A stretch of DNA of 64,000 nucleotides from positions 11,036,001 through 11,100,000 of the forward strand of contig OZ316775.1 in NCBI GenBank assembly GCA_973851085.1. The letters are read 5' to 3'. Below, piece after piece: positions 30,495 to 43,716 of this stretch; position 1 is the stretch's first letter; each line of letters starts with the position of its first letter. A program made the position numbers and the translations under genes. Under the pieces are notes generated by a model that worked only from the letters and a program-made list of their open reading frames with translations, searched no databases and was not told the DNA's origin. Origin of the DNA: Ptychomitrium polyphyllum (lineage: Eukaryota).

Positions 30495-33400
30495 TTAAAA
30501 TTTGCAAAGAATTGACATTAAGAATTTTTAAAATTTTTTTTGTAGAATATTGAATACATTTGAATATTTTTTTGATAAATTTTTTTTAAGTTATATTTTA
30601 AAAAATCCTTCATATTATTGTTTCAATATCTATTCTTTATGATTTTGAAATATTTTTAAAAGATATTTTAGTGATAGTTTTACCAAAATGTACAACCCAA
30701 AAATCCATCAACTTGAAAATAGTTGAATAACATTTTTTTAATATTTTTTAATTAATTGTTATTTTCATTATTAAATTTATAATATCATTTAATAATATAA
30801 ACAAAATTAAAAATATGTCTCTAATATAATTCAATAATAATATGATGAAGGTATTTTTTTTGTCTTAATCAAAATTCCAAAATAATTGAAATCTACAAAT
30901 TCTATCATGTATTTGAATATTTTATACTATAATACATAATCATAAAAAAAATCTAATGTTATGGATCTTTATAGCTACTATTTATATTTGTGAATAAATT
31001 TTTTACAAAGATAATTATTAAACACTAGTTTTACAAATGAAGCTATAGTTTGTTTTTTTTAGTAAATTTTCATTTAAACCAAAGAAATTATGTCATTCTA
31101 TTCAAAAGAACATGTTAAAGTTTTGGTTTAAACTAACATTACAAGATGAATGACATTTTCAGTTTCATTTTATAAATTTATAAACTATATTATTCATTAC
31201 AAATAAATATCAGTATGATTATATATATAAAGCACAATTAGGTCACACTTTAAGAAAAATGGTGCAGGTATCATAATCAATAGATCATTGTCATAACAAT
31301 TCATTATCTTATTATTTGGTTATTTATATTTATTGAATTATCACCATTATCCATCCATGTTCCAATGATATAAGCATCATATTTAAATTATTAGTAATAC
31401 TGTAGCAGTGTTGATTTATGGTATGACCTAATAGTGCCATCTTAATATACAAAATATATCATTACTATTAACAACCTTAATTAACTTAATTATAACTACA
31501 ATCAAATAGAAGCAATATTATTTTGATAAATTGACTTTTATATATTAAAAATAAATTAACTTCAATCAACTTCAATAAATGTTTTAAAAATATAAGATAA
31601 CATCATTTTTATGTATAGCCATTAATTTGGACATGCATTCAAAATTGGTTTTTTTAAAAAAAAAATTGAAATCTGATTTGTTGTTGCCTACACAAACCAT
31701 TGAAGCTTGTAATATTAAGAGATATCAACAAAAAATAGATGATTTAAAGTATCATGTTTATGTTCAATTTTGACATCAAATAATCACTCTATAATATTTA
31801 TTATTATTTGTCACATTTCTTATACTTTGGATTCTTTAAAAGGTAAGGCATCATTCAAATTAATTATTATTTCAACATTAAAGTTAATTTAAAAGTATTT
31901 TTGAAGTTTTCAATAAAATGGTTATTGTAAGGAAAAAATGCAAAGTATAAGCATAAATAAACGAGTAAATGTAAATATAAATATGCAAAGTTTAAGATTT
32001 TTTAAAATAAAAATAACTATATGCAAATTATACATTATATAATAAGATAAGTGATGAATTGATTAAATTTTATTCAAATGATAGATAAGAAATGTTTGAA
32101 AGTGGTTTAATTAACAAGTATTGATTAGATTGTATGTTTAAAAAAAACAATGTCGATTAGATTTGCATACATTTTTTTCAAAGAAATAAATGGATGTTGA
32201 TAGTTTTTAATTACAAAATGCAATTTTGAGTACAACTTGTAAATAAGATGGTTGTTTTCAAGGTTTGTAGTCTAATTTTATGCTAATTAAGCATTAAGAT
32301 TTGATAGTTCTATTAATCAATTTAGACATTTATTTATAGACTTTATGATTTTGAAAATTTCACATTGTTTTTCCATTGTTACTCTATTATTACCTTCAAA
32401 GGCTATAAAATCTTCAATTTCATGCTTTCAAAATCACCATTCTTAACTTAAAAAATAATTGTTTTTTCTAAAATATTGAAAGACAAAAAAGTACCAAATT
32501 AAGATCAACATTATTCTTTCTTTTGCACACTATTTACATCAAACATTTATAGCTTTTATATTTAGCTTTAGCAATTAAAAGTGAAAAGAATAACAATGAA
32601 GATATAGTTCAACAAATTGCACAACAAGCAATAAGTCAAAGTCTAAATGAATAAAACAAAATAGAAACAAAATATGGAAAACTTGAATGCGCATTATAAA
32701 CAAATATATACAATTTTTCATCTATTGCACAAGGTTACAAGGTCCAATTATATGTTATTAATAGGCGATCAATTTAAATGAATGTTTACAAAGAATCAAT
32801 TGAAGGCGTTGTTTAGAAGAGGTCAATTTAAGGTGGTTTTTAGAAGGCTACAATAAAATCTGATTTTTAGGATGTATTAAATATGTTTATTTGAAGCAAC
32901 TCCATTAATAGTATATTTAAGGTTATATTGATTATAATTGCTTATTCTACAACTAAATAAGGTTGTATTTTTTCAAAAACATATATAAGATTTTTTACAA
33001 TTACTAAAAAGTTCTTTATTATTAATCTCATATTATACCATAATAACCTACAATTGACATTTTTAAATGAACATTATAAATAATTTTATAATTTTATGCA
33101 ATGAAGGACACTTGTCAATTGCATCCAATCTTATCTGTGTAAATTACCATCATGCTAAATGAAATGAATAATTTAACTTTGTATTTTTTGCCAATTCTTT
33201 TTTAAATATGTTCTTTTATCTCCAATATCTTATCATTATTTGAATAAGGTTGTATTAGCTTTTTTGACATCATATCATATGTTTTCAAAATACATTCATG
33301 CCATTTTATTTATATCCTTGCAAAGATCTTTAAAGATTTTTAAATCATTTGCATTCTTATGTTTCAATTAACAATCACTTATAGTGACATCAAGATAATG

Positions 33401-34908
33401 AATGATTGTATTGACCTACAATTTTGAAACATGGACTAAAAACCATTTACGATAACATCTCCTTAAATAGATAAAAATAGCCATCTATAATATATTAAGT
33501 ATCATAATTATTGTAGAATTTGCAAGAAACAAAATTGAACAAGAATGCACAATAAACATATCTTCAAGACACAAAAAGAAATTATGTACACTTAAGTTAG
33601 GCTATTTTTTATTCCATAGAGGAAGAATCCAAGACTACAAGTATATAAAAAAACCTAAAGTTTTACTAAATGATTACACCATCATCTCCAAGCAAACTTT
33701 ACCAAACTTTTTTTCTTAAACTACACTTATAACAGTTGATTTTGCAAAGAATGCCAAGTAAACCAAGCTTCTCTATTCAACACCTCTTCTAAACCCTAAT
33801 TGACATTTAAAAACCAACTAACATGAAGTTTATACTACATAGATGGAAAACCCCTAAATTAAATTACACTCCATCCATTTTAAGTGATTTGGCACTCTAC
33901 ACTACAAGGATTTAAGATAGTGACACAAAACTATTGTATGAACTTGTTGTTCTTGTGTTTACATTAAAAAACCTTCTGCATTAAATTTAGTATTTTTAAA
34001 GAATTCCATAGATATGACTATTACAGGGAGAAATTTTGTACTAAGATCCCAAAGTACTTTAAAGATTTATAGGTACTAATTAAAAGTTGTGAGATTCCAA
34101 AGTTGTACACATTTTTCTATCAAAGTTTCCTCACATGTGAGAGAATACCATGTCAATCCACTCTGATTTTTTTATTGCAGTAATAAAACCCCATTCGTTT
34201 TTCAAAATTACAACACCATCAGAGATCATTGTCAAAGGAAAAAAAGGACACTATACTATACCGCACCTTGCTTTCCTTCTACATTCTCCCACCACAAACT
34301 CAACATGGAACTTCAATTAATTCATCCTCCCTTACGAATAAAATCTCAGTAGTTGAATGACAGGCTGCAGTAAAAGTGGCAACTCAGCCTTATGTCACAT
34401 CAAAACTGCAGAATGGGTTGTCCCATTTATGACAAAAGCTACTCCATTTGGCTTGTCCTGTCGCCCCACCCATTGTCCTTCATCCGCAAGCCTAGATCCT
34501 CATCCTGTCGCACAAAATTCATCCTTCCACACAGAATTCATCCTTCGCGTCGCGCAAGCTTTCGCAGTCCATCACGAAGAGACGCACTCCGTAAAAAGTC
34601 TTTCTTTCGCTTTCGCTGTGCAAACAGTCTGCATATTCTTTAAAGTTGCAAACTGATGTCTAGCGCATTGCGACTCTTCACGACTTTCTGCTTTCTACAA
34701 ACATCTCAAGCTGGTTGATTGATAGTGCCGTTGTAGCTAGAGCTAGTGTCTCCTTCGTTCTCTGATTTTCTCACAGCGATCTGTCTTTTCTTCTTAAGAG
34801 ATGGCGCAATTGGTGTCAAGGTAACTGCGATCAGCTCTTTCTCAATTGTTGGTGTTTTATGCTTGTGAGGTCGGTCGGTTGATAGATCGGCTCTGAGAAG
34901 AAGCGCAC

Positions 34909-37900
34909 ATGAGGAGGAGGAGTCTAGCGATGGCGGACCTGGAGCAGGACCTTCCAGATGAGGTGAAGCAGGAGCGAGAAGAGCTCGAGAAGCAAATCAG
35001 GACGAGCAAGGCGTTGCAGGCCATGGAGAGGCAGCTGCACTTGTCGCCTGCAGTTGTGATGCCTGTGTTGCTGAGGCTGCTCAAGGTGAGGTAGATGATA
35101 TTTCACATTTTAGAGATTGGGTGCTCCGTTCTCAATTTCCGTTCGGTTTTCTGAATTTGCTTAGTCTCGGAGTGAGTGTTTATGTGCAGACATATGAAGG
35201 GGAGTGGGAGCATATCGAGTATAATCATTATGAGGTTCTGGCTGATATGATCTTCCAAGAGCAGGAGACAGCGGTGAGGATTTTCATGTTGTGGTGTTGT
35301 GGGTGCAATGTGGAAGTTTTGGAACGTGAGGGAGTGCAGTTGTTTGTGTTGAGTTCGAAGTTGGTAGCTTTGGAGGTTTGCTTTGTTGGTTTGTGAGGGG
35401 TGGGTGAAATGGGTGATTGAGCCACTGGTGTGCAGGAGATGGAGAAGGCACCGGGGTCGTCGAGCGGGAGGAAGAACGGGAAGAAGATAGCTGTGCAGAC
35501 GATAAGAGCCGGCACGACAAGAAGAGCTCCAAGACAATCGAAGAAGGTGGAGAGTGATGACTCTGAGGAGGACACTCGCGCGCAAGAGCTAATCCGGCGC
35601 AGCAGACGCGTACCCGCAGAGGCTTTCACTCACGCTGCGGACATGGCGACGTTCGAGCGTGCTGTAGTTGCCAAACGGAATCGGGTTGCGATTGCCCGCT
35701 GGGGTAAAGCAGACGACAACGACGAGCAAGCTTGGGAACTACCGCTCGCCCTGCCGAGCCCTCTTGCGCAAATCGCGCCTCCGCAGGTAATTCGACCAGT
35801 TCTACCTCTACGTTTGTGCAGCACTCCTGCCACTATCGTATCTGTCCAACGCTTAGTCCCCCTAATCAGGCTGCTTGCTCTGGTTTCTTGAGCAGCAATG
35901 CCGATCTCCTCAAAGCGGAGGAGGACGACGAGAGCTGCGACATTTATCAATAGGAGTACAATCTGTCCAAGAGGCGACTGGCGTGAACAAACATACCCAG
36001 ACCGAGGCGGCAGTTTTTGATGCATTAAACCATCAGGAGCTATTCCAACCCAAGGCAATCGTATGCTACGAAGAACCAGTTCAACCCACGGCGATTGCAC
36101 AGCAGCCAATCGTGCAACCTCTGGCAGTTGTAAAGCAGGAGGGTGCAGAAGCTCTTGTCTTTCTGCCCGCTGCTGAAGTGCGCAGACAGCTTCTCAACCG
36201 TGTTGGTCCATCTGAACCAGTTCAATGCAAGACGCTCTCCGGCGAGATATGTGCCAAATGTGAGAAGCCCAAACTGTCGGGCTCTCCGGTTGTCTCTGCT
36301 GAAACTCTCAAACCGGTTGTAGCTGATTCATCTCGGAAATCGCTTGTTTTCGATCCTGCGAATGTGAAAATAGAAGGACAAGTGTCTAGCAAGGGGACGA
36401 AATGCCCTCCCTTGATGTGCTTAAACCCTGAACCCTTGCAAGTAATGGTGCCAACTTCGCCTCAACTCTTAGAGCTTGCTTTTATAGAACCGTCAGCTCA
36501 ACACTTCGAAGTAATAGAGGCAAGGGCGATGGAGGTTCACACTCCTGAGCCTCTGCTTTTGACGTTTCCTTCAGAGGCTCTTGCAAATAAAGGTGGTGCT
36601 GCCGGAACAGCTGAAGTCCCGAAGGTGTTGGTACCGTGTTCGGTGAAAACTCCAATCGCAGAGGTGCCGAAGGTGATTGTGCCAGTACCATGTTCAGTGA
36701 AAGCAACGATTGCTGAGATGCCAAAGGTGTTGGTGCCATGTTCGGTGAATGCTCCAATTGAAATGGCAGTAAAAGCAGTTACCAATACTGGATCGTTATT
36801 GGAACCGAAAGCGAACCCTTCGGAGGTTGTTCCTGTTGAGAATCCATTGATGAAAAAGGAGGAAGTGGGGCTTCCCGGCAAGGCCGAAGTGGAGGTGAAG
36901 AAGGCGGAGAGTTCAACGAAGGTGGACGCAGGAGTCAAATGGAAGTTGAAGACTTTCCATCAAGCAATGGCAACTAACAATTCCATCACTGGTATGTCTA
37001 ACCCAAGCTCAGACACAGAATCGAATGTATGTAGCAAAAGTATTGGACAGGTTAAGTCGTCTGATCTAGGTCGTTGTTTTGATTCAGAGGGTGCACTGGC
37101 GGCGCTAGCAAGTTATACCTCTGAGTCTGATACTGAAGACACGGATATGTCACCGCAGCTTGATACGAAAGTGAGAAGTAGCACACCTGCAGAAGGTGTA
37201 GGGGTAGAGCAGGGAAACGGAGAAGCACATGAAGAAACCCACGGAATCTTGCCTCTTGCTAACATGTCTTCCATTAACATCCTCCCAACATTGCCATTGC
37301 CAGCCATTGCACCATTTCAGAAATCTTCAGATGAAGTTGGGGAAGCAGCAAGGAACACTAAAGATTCTGAGATGATCACTTTGAATGTGACCCCTAACGA
37401 TGCAATTGTGGCTCAATCTTCAGCCATCGCAGAAGTAGAAAGAAAGCAATCATCTGAAAGCAACACTAGCTCTGAGTTAAGCAAGAAACGAAAGAGAAGG
37501 CTAATCAAGAAGCACAGACCAGAGCAGGAAGAGCCGGAGGCTGTGATCGAGAAGAGAAGGTTTTGCTATGACCGTGCTGATATCAGCCGAGGAAAGGAGA
37601 AGGTGCCGATCTCTTTAAGTGGTCCTGTTGGGAAGGATTTACCCGAAGACTTCTTGTACATCAGTTCCAGCGTGGTGTTCCAACATGCTCACATTGAGAT
37701 TTCCATGTCCAGAATCGGGGAGGAAGACCGGTGCAGCAATTGTGTGGGCAACTGTCTCGACAATCCTACTGCGTGTGAATGTGCTAGGTCGACGGGGGGG
37801 GATTATGTGTACACGGTGGAGGGCCACTTGTACCCCCACTTTCTGAAGGAGGAGCTCGAGGAGAAGGGAAAATCGAAGTCTATTGTTTTTTGTTGGCCTG

Positions 37901-39480
37901 GCAATTGTCCTATTGAGCGGACCACTGAGGAACCTTGTAAGGGGCACATTCAAAGAAGGTTCATCAGAGAGTGCTGGGAGAAGTGTGGGTGCTCAATGTC
38001 TTGTGGGAACCGTATTGTGCAACGAGGCATTTCTCAAAAATTGCAGGTAAAGCTACACTTTCTTTCACTTTTCTATTGGGAAAATCTTTATGTATCTTAT
38101 TGCATCTTATTAGGTGGAATGTGATTGGCCTTGACCCATTTCGGTGGTTCTTTTTTCTTCTTTTTTTCTCGTAATAAGTAAGGCAAAGCCTTGCTTGGTG
38201 GAAGGGAAGATGGAGTGGCAGGTACTACTGTAACGTTTACTTTTCAATTGGTAGAATCTTTATATCGTTGCATCATTTTGGGTGAAATGTAATTAGTCTT
38301 GGCCCATTTGGATGGTCGATTTTGAAGGGGCAATGGGTTGGGGCAGGTGTTTTGGACAGAAGGTGGCAAAGGCTGGGGCGTTCGAACTTTGGAGCATCTG
38401 CCAGCCGGCACTTTTGTGTGCCAATATGTAGGAGAGATATTAACCAATATGGAGATGTGGAATCGCAACAAAGAAGTTCACCGAACGGCCAAGCATACCT
38501 TCGCTTTGATGCTAGATGCTGACTGGAAGACTGAGGAAATTCTCACCGATGAGAACGCTCTTTGCTTGGATGGTACCTACTACGGGAATGTTTCCCGTTT
38601 CATCAATCACAGGTAAACCTAAATTGTCTTCGCCATAGAAGTGATGTGCAGGCGATCTGCTGAGTTTCTAGTTCTTCTCGTCATAGTTGAAGATAGTTTC
38701 CATGGCTACGTCTGGTGTTTTCAAATTCTATAAACTAATTCATTCTCTGGAAGTTATAGGAGGCATGCAGAAGTGAAGAAACCTGATATAATTCATGAAC
38801 AAATTGCCTTCTAGTTAGCTTACCACTGTAAACAATTGATATTATTTTCCGAAGTAATTGATGTCTATCAGATGTCAGTGAATTTCTTGGTTTTACTATC
38901 CAGAATGTCATTGAAATGTCATTGCAGCTCTAGGCCTTACAACTTTGTTTGTGTTGGGCAGATGCCTCGACTGCAACCTGTTTGATATTCCGGTTCAGAT
39001 CGAGTGCACAGACCGTCATTACTACCATGTACTTATCACTAGCTTTTCATTTCTTGCTTACCAACAAGACATGCATCCTTGTGGTTTCGAATTTTACTAA
39101 ACCTATTAGATATGAGTAGATCCTTACTGGCGTTGGATTGGACACTACTAATGGAACCATTCTCATTGAGTAAATGACTGTTCTCCTCTGCTCTATGTTC
39201 GTGTGTGTAGCTTGCGTTCTTTACTAATAAAGCTGTAAAGGAGAATGAAGAGCTTACATGGGTGCGTCACTAATCTCTCGCCTTCCTTCTCTTTTCGATT
39301 TTGAGCTCCTGTCATTCACATTAGGTAGTAGCAAATGACGGTGTTAACCCCTCTTTTGTTTTCCAGGACTATGGTCTGGATTTTAATGACAAGGATCATC
39401 AAGTTCGAGCGTTTGAATGCTTATGTGGGAGTTCCTTCTGTCGAGGGAAAATAGAAGATAGTGGAAAATCCTGTGTGTAA
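34909..39480 (+). CDS. SUVR1/2/4-type histone lysine methyltransferase (WIYLD + pre-SET + SET + post-SET); exact start codon uncertain
   Basis: WIYLD domain split over two exons (KALQAMERQLHLSPAVVMPVLLRLLK|TYEGEWEHIEYNHYEVLADMIFQ). The large exon 35896-38046 carries DISRGKEKVPISL and a Cys-rich pre-SET (ECWEKCGCSMSCGNRIVQRGI). SET motifs are GKGWGVRTL, YGNVSRFINHR|C and ELTW|DYG. Post-SET is CLCGSSFC, with TAA at 39478-39480. Confidence 0.93.
36610..36759 (+). repeat. Three in-frame tandem repeats (48-54 bp) in the SUVR linker exon
   Basis: They encode AEVPKVLVPCSVKTPI / AEVPKVIVPVPCSVKATI / AEMPKVLVPCSVNAPI. Confidence 0.9.
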
Positions 39481-40108
39481 AGCTTGAGGTATGTCACATC
39501 TCAAAAATGATCTTGATCGCTTAGGGACATCTCGGATTTGTGTTAATCAATTAGTATGAGAACCCCAGTCAAGCCGAAACTGATACCTTTGTTTGTTTAC
39601 TGCAGGACTGTCGATAGAAGGCGTATAAAATGTGTAGTACAAGCTTCAAGCTTTCAACGTTTCAAACCTGGCTCTGTCGGTATTTCACTTGGACGGCTTT
39701 TAGTCGAGCCTAATCTTATGTACAGACTAGGTAGATGGCGTATCATTGGATTCGAATGCGGTCAGTCAAACTTTAGAATCCATTTTTGTTCAACAGCTCA
39801 CGACACAAGTCCATGGGACTCCAAGATAGTAGGGCTCCTTAATTTTCCATAGGAACTCAAACGACAGTCCTAAACATTTATGATAAAAGAACCCCAGATT
39901 CGCATATTGGATCATGTATATGATAACCTCAGTGCAAATTACGTGTTAAAACCCTGCTGATAAGATCCGAAACTACCTGATAAAAAGATATTAAGATACT
40001 AGTCTTCGGTATTTCAACGGAATCATTTATACAATAATCCGTGCAAATGCATAAAAACCCTCCTGTTGGAAAGATATCTACGAGAGTAGCATTTAGTAAT
40101 ATTCTGAA

Positions 40109-41731
40109 TCAATACACCTGCGGCGCCAAACAAAAGCATAACCGTCGGACAGAATCCAGAACATGCTCGTTATGCAGCAGACATAAAGGTTTCAGAGGAG
40201 ACTCATCAGCAGACGAAACCACAGCACATGCTCGATATTGGGAATGTTCCCCGCTAGGCAATGCGGAGAATATAGATGCAATCACTTCATTCGAAAGCAA
40301 GAACCCATTTGGGTCCGTAAGACGTACATAAGTCTCAAACCTATAAGGATCCTTCATAGCCGAGTTCATGTCCAAAGTCTGCATGTTTGCGTCCATAAAC
40401 ACTACATGACCACTTGAAACGAAAGGCAGGAGAGCTTCGCACACAACTGAAGCCAAGCCAGCTCCAAATGTTGCTGAAAAAGCATGTAAATCCAAACCTC
40501 GAGCTAATCTAAGCGAAAGCATGACCGCGTCCAAGGCCCTCTCCTCTTTACTATCTTGTGGACATTCGATGTTACCCCCTGAGCGCTCAAAGCCTTCAAC
40601 AAACTCTCGGTACTGCTTGAACTTCCGAGGTCGTGAAAATCTTTGCCCAGAGACGTAGCTTGTAGATCCCAATCCAAATGCAAAGTACGGCAAGCTGTTC
40701 CAATAGACAAGGTTGTGTTTGCACTGAAACCCTTCCTTGGCGTAGTTGCTGATCTCATAGTGTGCGAAGCCTGCCTCCTGGAGCTTGGCCGATGCCATCC
40801 GATAAAATTCTGCGGCGTTATCGTCGCTAGGAAGAGGCGCCTGCCCTGGTTTGTACCACTTGTTGAAGAGAGTACCCTCCTCAATTTGCAAATCGTACAC
40901 AGAAACGTGAGCAGGGGAGGCTTTCACAGCCTCGCTGATGGAATGTTCCCAATCCTCTAGGGTTTGATGCGGTAGAGAGGAGATGAGGTCCAAGCTCCAA
41001 TTACGTAAGCCACTTGCGTAGATTGCCTCAACAGCTTCGTAAACTTCACTCAAACCGTGCGAGCGGCCACAGGATTTCAGAAAAGCGGCCTGGAAGGACT
41101 GTACGCCCATAGACACTCTGTTCAACCCTCCGTCCATCAATTGCCTCAGAGAATGCACATCAAACGTCCCGGGATCCATTTCCATAGAAATTTCCGCTCC
41201 TGATTCGATACCAAAATGCTCATTCAAAGTTTCAATGATACGAAGCAGGAGCGGAGGTGGGAGAAGAGAAGGAGTCCCGCCACCGAAGAACACTGTCTTC
41301 AAGGGCTTGCTACTATTAACCATGGCCGCAAGACGAATCTCCCGGCACACTAACTCAACATAGTCGGTCATGCTCGCGTCCATATGCGCTTTATTCTCCT
41401 CCGTTCTCTCTCCCACCGCTACAATTGGAAAATCGCAATAGAAGCATCGGCGTCTGCAGAAAGGAATATGAACATATACCGAGGACGGCAGAGCCACAGC
41501 TCCCTCATCCAACACTAAGGGATCCACCACTCGAGACGACGCGAACTCCGCAGCTAAGTCACTCGTTGCATGTGGAATCTGCAAGGAACGAATGCAAGGA
41601 GCAGAAGTCACGAAATTACGCGAGATTGAAGTGAAGGGATGGCGCAGAGAGTGAAGGGAGGTGAGAGGAGGGCTGCAGGGGGAGTGCAGAAAACGAGGCG
41701 GGGGACGTAGGAGGAACAAGAGGCGATTCAT
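40109..41731 (-). CDS. HemN/HemW-like radical SAM protein (probable heme chaperone, RSAD1-like) with organellar transit peptide; intronless
   Basis: YVHIPFCRRRCFYCDF (CX3CX2C), FFGGGTPS, EISMEMDPGT, NRVSMGVQSF and HYEISNY...HNLVYW (HNxxYW, HemW-type). The first ATG, at 41731, begins an R/S/L/P-rich N-terminus. Confidence 0.92.
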   Translation of the reverse strand: MNRLLFLLRPPPRFLHSPCSPPLTSLHSLRHPFTSISRNFVTSAPCIRSLQIPHATSDLAAEFASSRVVDPLVLDEGAVALPSSVYVHIPFCRRRCFYCDFPIVAVGERTEENKAHMDASMTDYVELVCREIRLAAMVNSSKPLKTVFFGGGTPSLLPPPLLLRIIETLNEHFGIESGAEISMEMDPGTFDVHSLRQLMDGGLNRVSMGVQSFQAAFLKSCGRSHGLSEVYEAVEAIYASGLRNWSLDLISSLPHQTLEDWEHSISEAVKASPAHVSVYDLQIEEGTLFNKWYKPGQAPLPSDDNAAEFYRMASAKLQEAGFAHYEISNYAKEGFQCKHNLVYWNSLPYFAFGLGSTSYVSGQRFSRPRKFKQYREFVEGFERSGGNIECPQDSKEERALDAVMLSLRLARGLDLHAFSATFGAGLASVVCEALLPFVSSGHVVFMDANMQTLDMNSAMKDPYRFETYVRLTDPNGFLLSNEVIASIFSALPSGEHSQYRACAVVSSADESPLKPLCLLHNEHVLDSVRRLCFCLAPQVY

Positions 41732-42758
41732 GGCGTCAAGCTTCAACGAAACCCCAAACCCTAGACGTTGAGCTAACGATGTACTTCCTCCCACCACGAC
41801 TCAGTCTCTCTAATGTCACTCCCTCTGGACTTCCTTGTAAGCGCATTTTTGAGATGAAGTTCCAGTGCACTTTCCTCTCCAAAGATGTCACTCCAATCGA
41901 TCAAAAGACGCACATAGCTGCTTTAGGGTTTTAGTTCATAGGAATGAGAAATTTTTCAGCAAAGGTATATATTAAACTAAAACGATCTATCAATTTGTGT
42001 TTTGACCACAAGTGGAGAGTGTCAATTACAAAGAGAAAGTGCTGTGATGTGCGAAAGAGTATCTTAGTTGCACAGCAGTTCTTTTCCCACATGTATTGCA
42101 GATTTCGGCCAAGCCATTCACAAGCTATTATCCTGTTGCCAACTGTATTGCTTTTGCAGACCACTAAATATGCGGAATATATTTCGGTCAGATTCCTTCT
42201 CTCGTTTTTGTGGATGATATTGTCGTTTCAAATGTTAGCAGTGATCAGGGCTCTCTGTAAACCACTTTTACACCAGCGTTCACAGGAGAGTTTTCAGTCA
42301 TCTAGTCTTCTTAGGAGCTACTTAAGAGCTCAGATGAAAGGGACAATAAACGACATTCAATCTTCGACGCTCAGTTTGAGAAAAGCTGGAAATGACGACT
42401 AGGTTTAGGACAGGATGAAGCTCGGAATATTGAACTCGAATTGCTTTTCACTATCGGCGTTACAGCCCTTGGCATTGGACACAGGGATTTCACTACAAAA
42501 TATCAACATGAGAGATGTTGCGAACAGACTTGCAAAACAGGCGAGAAAACAAGCACACAGAGAAAAATGATAGGAGTACTGGAAAAACATTTAGAAACTT
42601 AGTAAAAACTTCAGTTCCAGCACAATCTCCAAAGAATTCTGATACTTCTGTACAGCGGCAGCAACCGCATGTGGTATACAGCCTACATAGCACCTGATCT
42701 TTTCCTGCTCCATCCCCTGCAGATTCGTACATAGCAGCAGAATGCACTTACTCACAAT

Positions 42759-43716
42759 CTAATCCTCGTAAGTTCGGCACTCATCGGTCTCGGGGTTGTC
42801 AGCGCAGTAAGCCTCGAGGGGATCACTAGTAGGCTTCTTGCGGTCGCGCGCGTGAGCAGCCTCAGCACTTATCTCCTCAACCTCGTCCCATGCAACTGCA
42901 CATGGTGCAGAAGTAGGATCTTCTTGGCAAGTCTTCTCAGCCTCAGCGATGGCATTGGCGACCTGCACATATAAAGATCCAGGTCAGACTAAGATGCCTT
43001 TTACAATCGAGAGATTTCGCATCAGAGCAAGAATTTCAGAATTTCCAAAATGACTTACTCTCCGAACTCAAGATTGACCCACTTGTTCAGAATTTTAGAT
43101 AGTCCAAATCAAAGGCTAAGCAAACAGTAATTGTAAACCTGTACTTGCTCAGGATCACAGTATGTGAAAATGCCATGCCATACAACCCTCGAGCAACAAT
43201 TAAAGAGGAAAACGAGCTTGGCTCAAGGAACAGAAACAGTATCTTCACCTTTACGGTCACAGCATCTAAACACGTTGGTGTCATACAGTCTCAAAACTCT
43301 AGCCACTGTCAATACCCGTAACATACCGAACGATGACTAAGCAAAGCAATCTTCACAAAAAGGAAAATCCTTCTAGGCAATTTCTCCAGAAACAAAAAAG
43401 CACTCTAGGGCAAACTCACATCAAAGAAACCGGCACTTAGAACGAAAAATATACACCGCACCGACAATAAGGAAGGTGCCAAATCGCGAACAACAAAGCC
43501 TCAACCTCAAAACTAAAGAACCCAGACACTAACCATATCCTTGGCGTCTTGCTTGTTCTGGGGAGTAGCCATGGCAAAGACAGACAAGCGCCTGTTCACC
43601 TTCACGGGCACCATCCTCACACTGGAGACCGTCGAGAAAGTGCTCTGCGAGAAGGAAGCAACAGGCGCAGCCAACACCGCTGCAGTCACAGACGACGCCA
43701 TAGAGAGGACTGCCAT
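42759..43716 (-). CDS. CP12: Calvin cycle protein CP12, chloroplast precursor, 2 exons
   Basis: Exon 43716-43534 is a Ser/Ala-rich transit peptide. Exon 42962-42759 reads VANAIAEAEKTCQEDPTSAPCAVAWDEVEEISAEAAH...DPLEAYCADNPETDECRTYED*, with the AWDxVEE motif and both Cys pairs. Confidence 0.97.

Noticed and set aside
41732..41797. GTG-initiated N-terminal extension of the HemW-like ORF in the track
   Set aside because: This is a eukaryotic gene, and the first ATG at 41731 already gives a plausible transit peptide.
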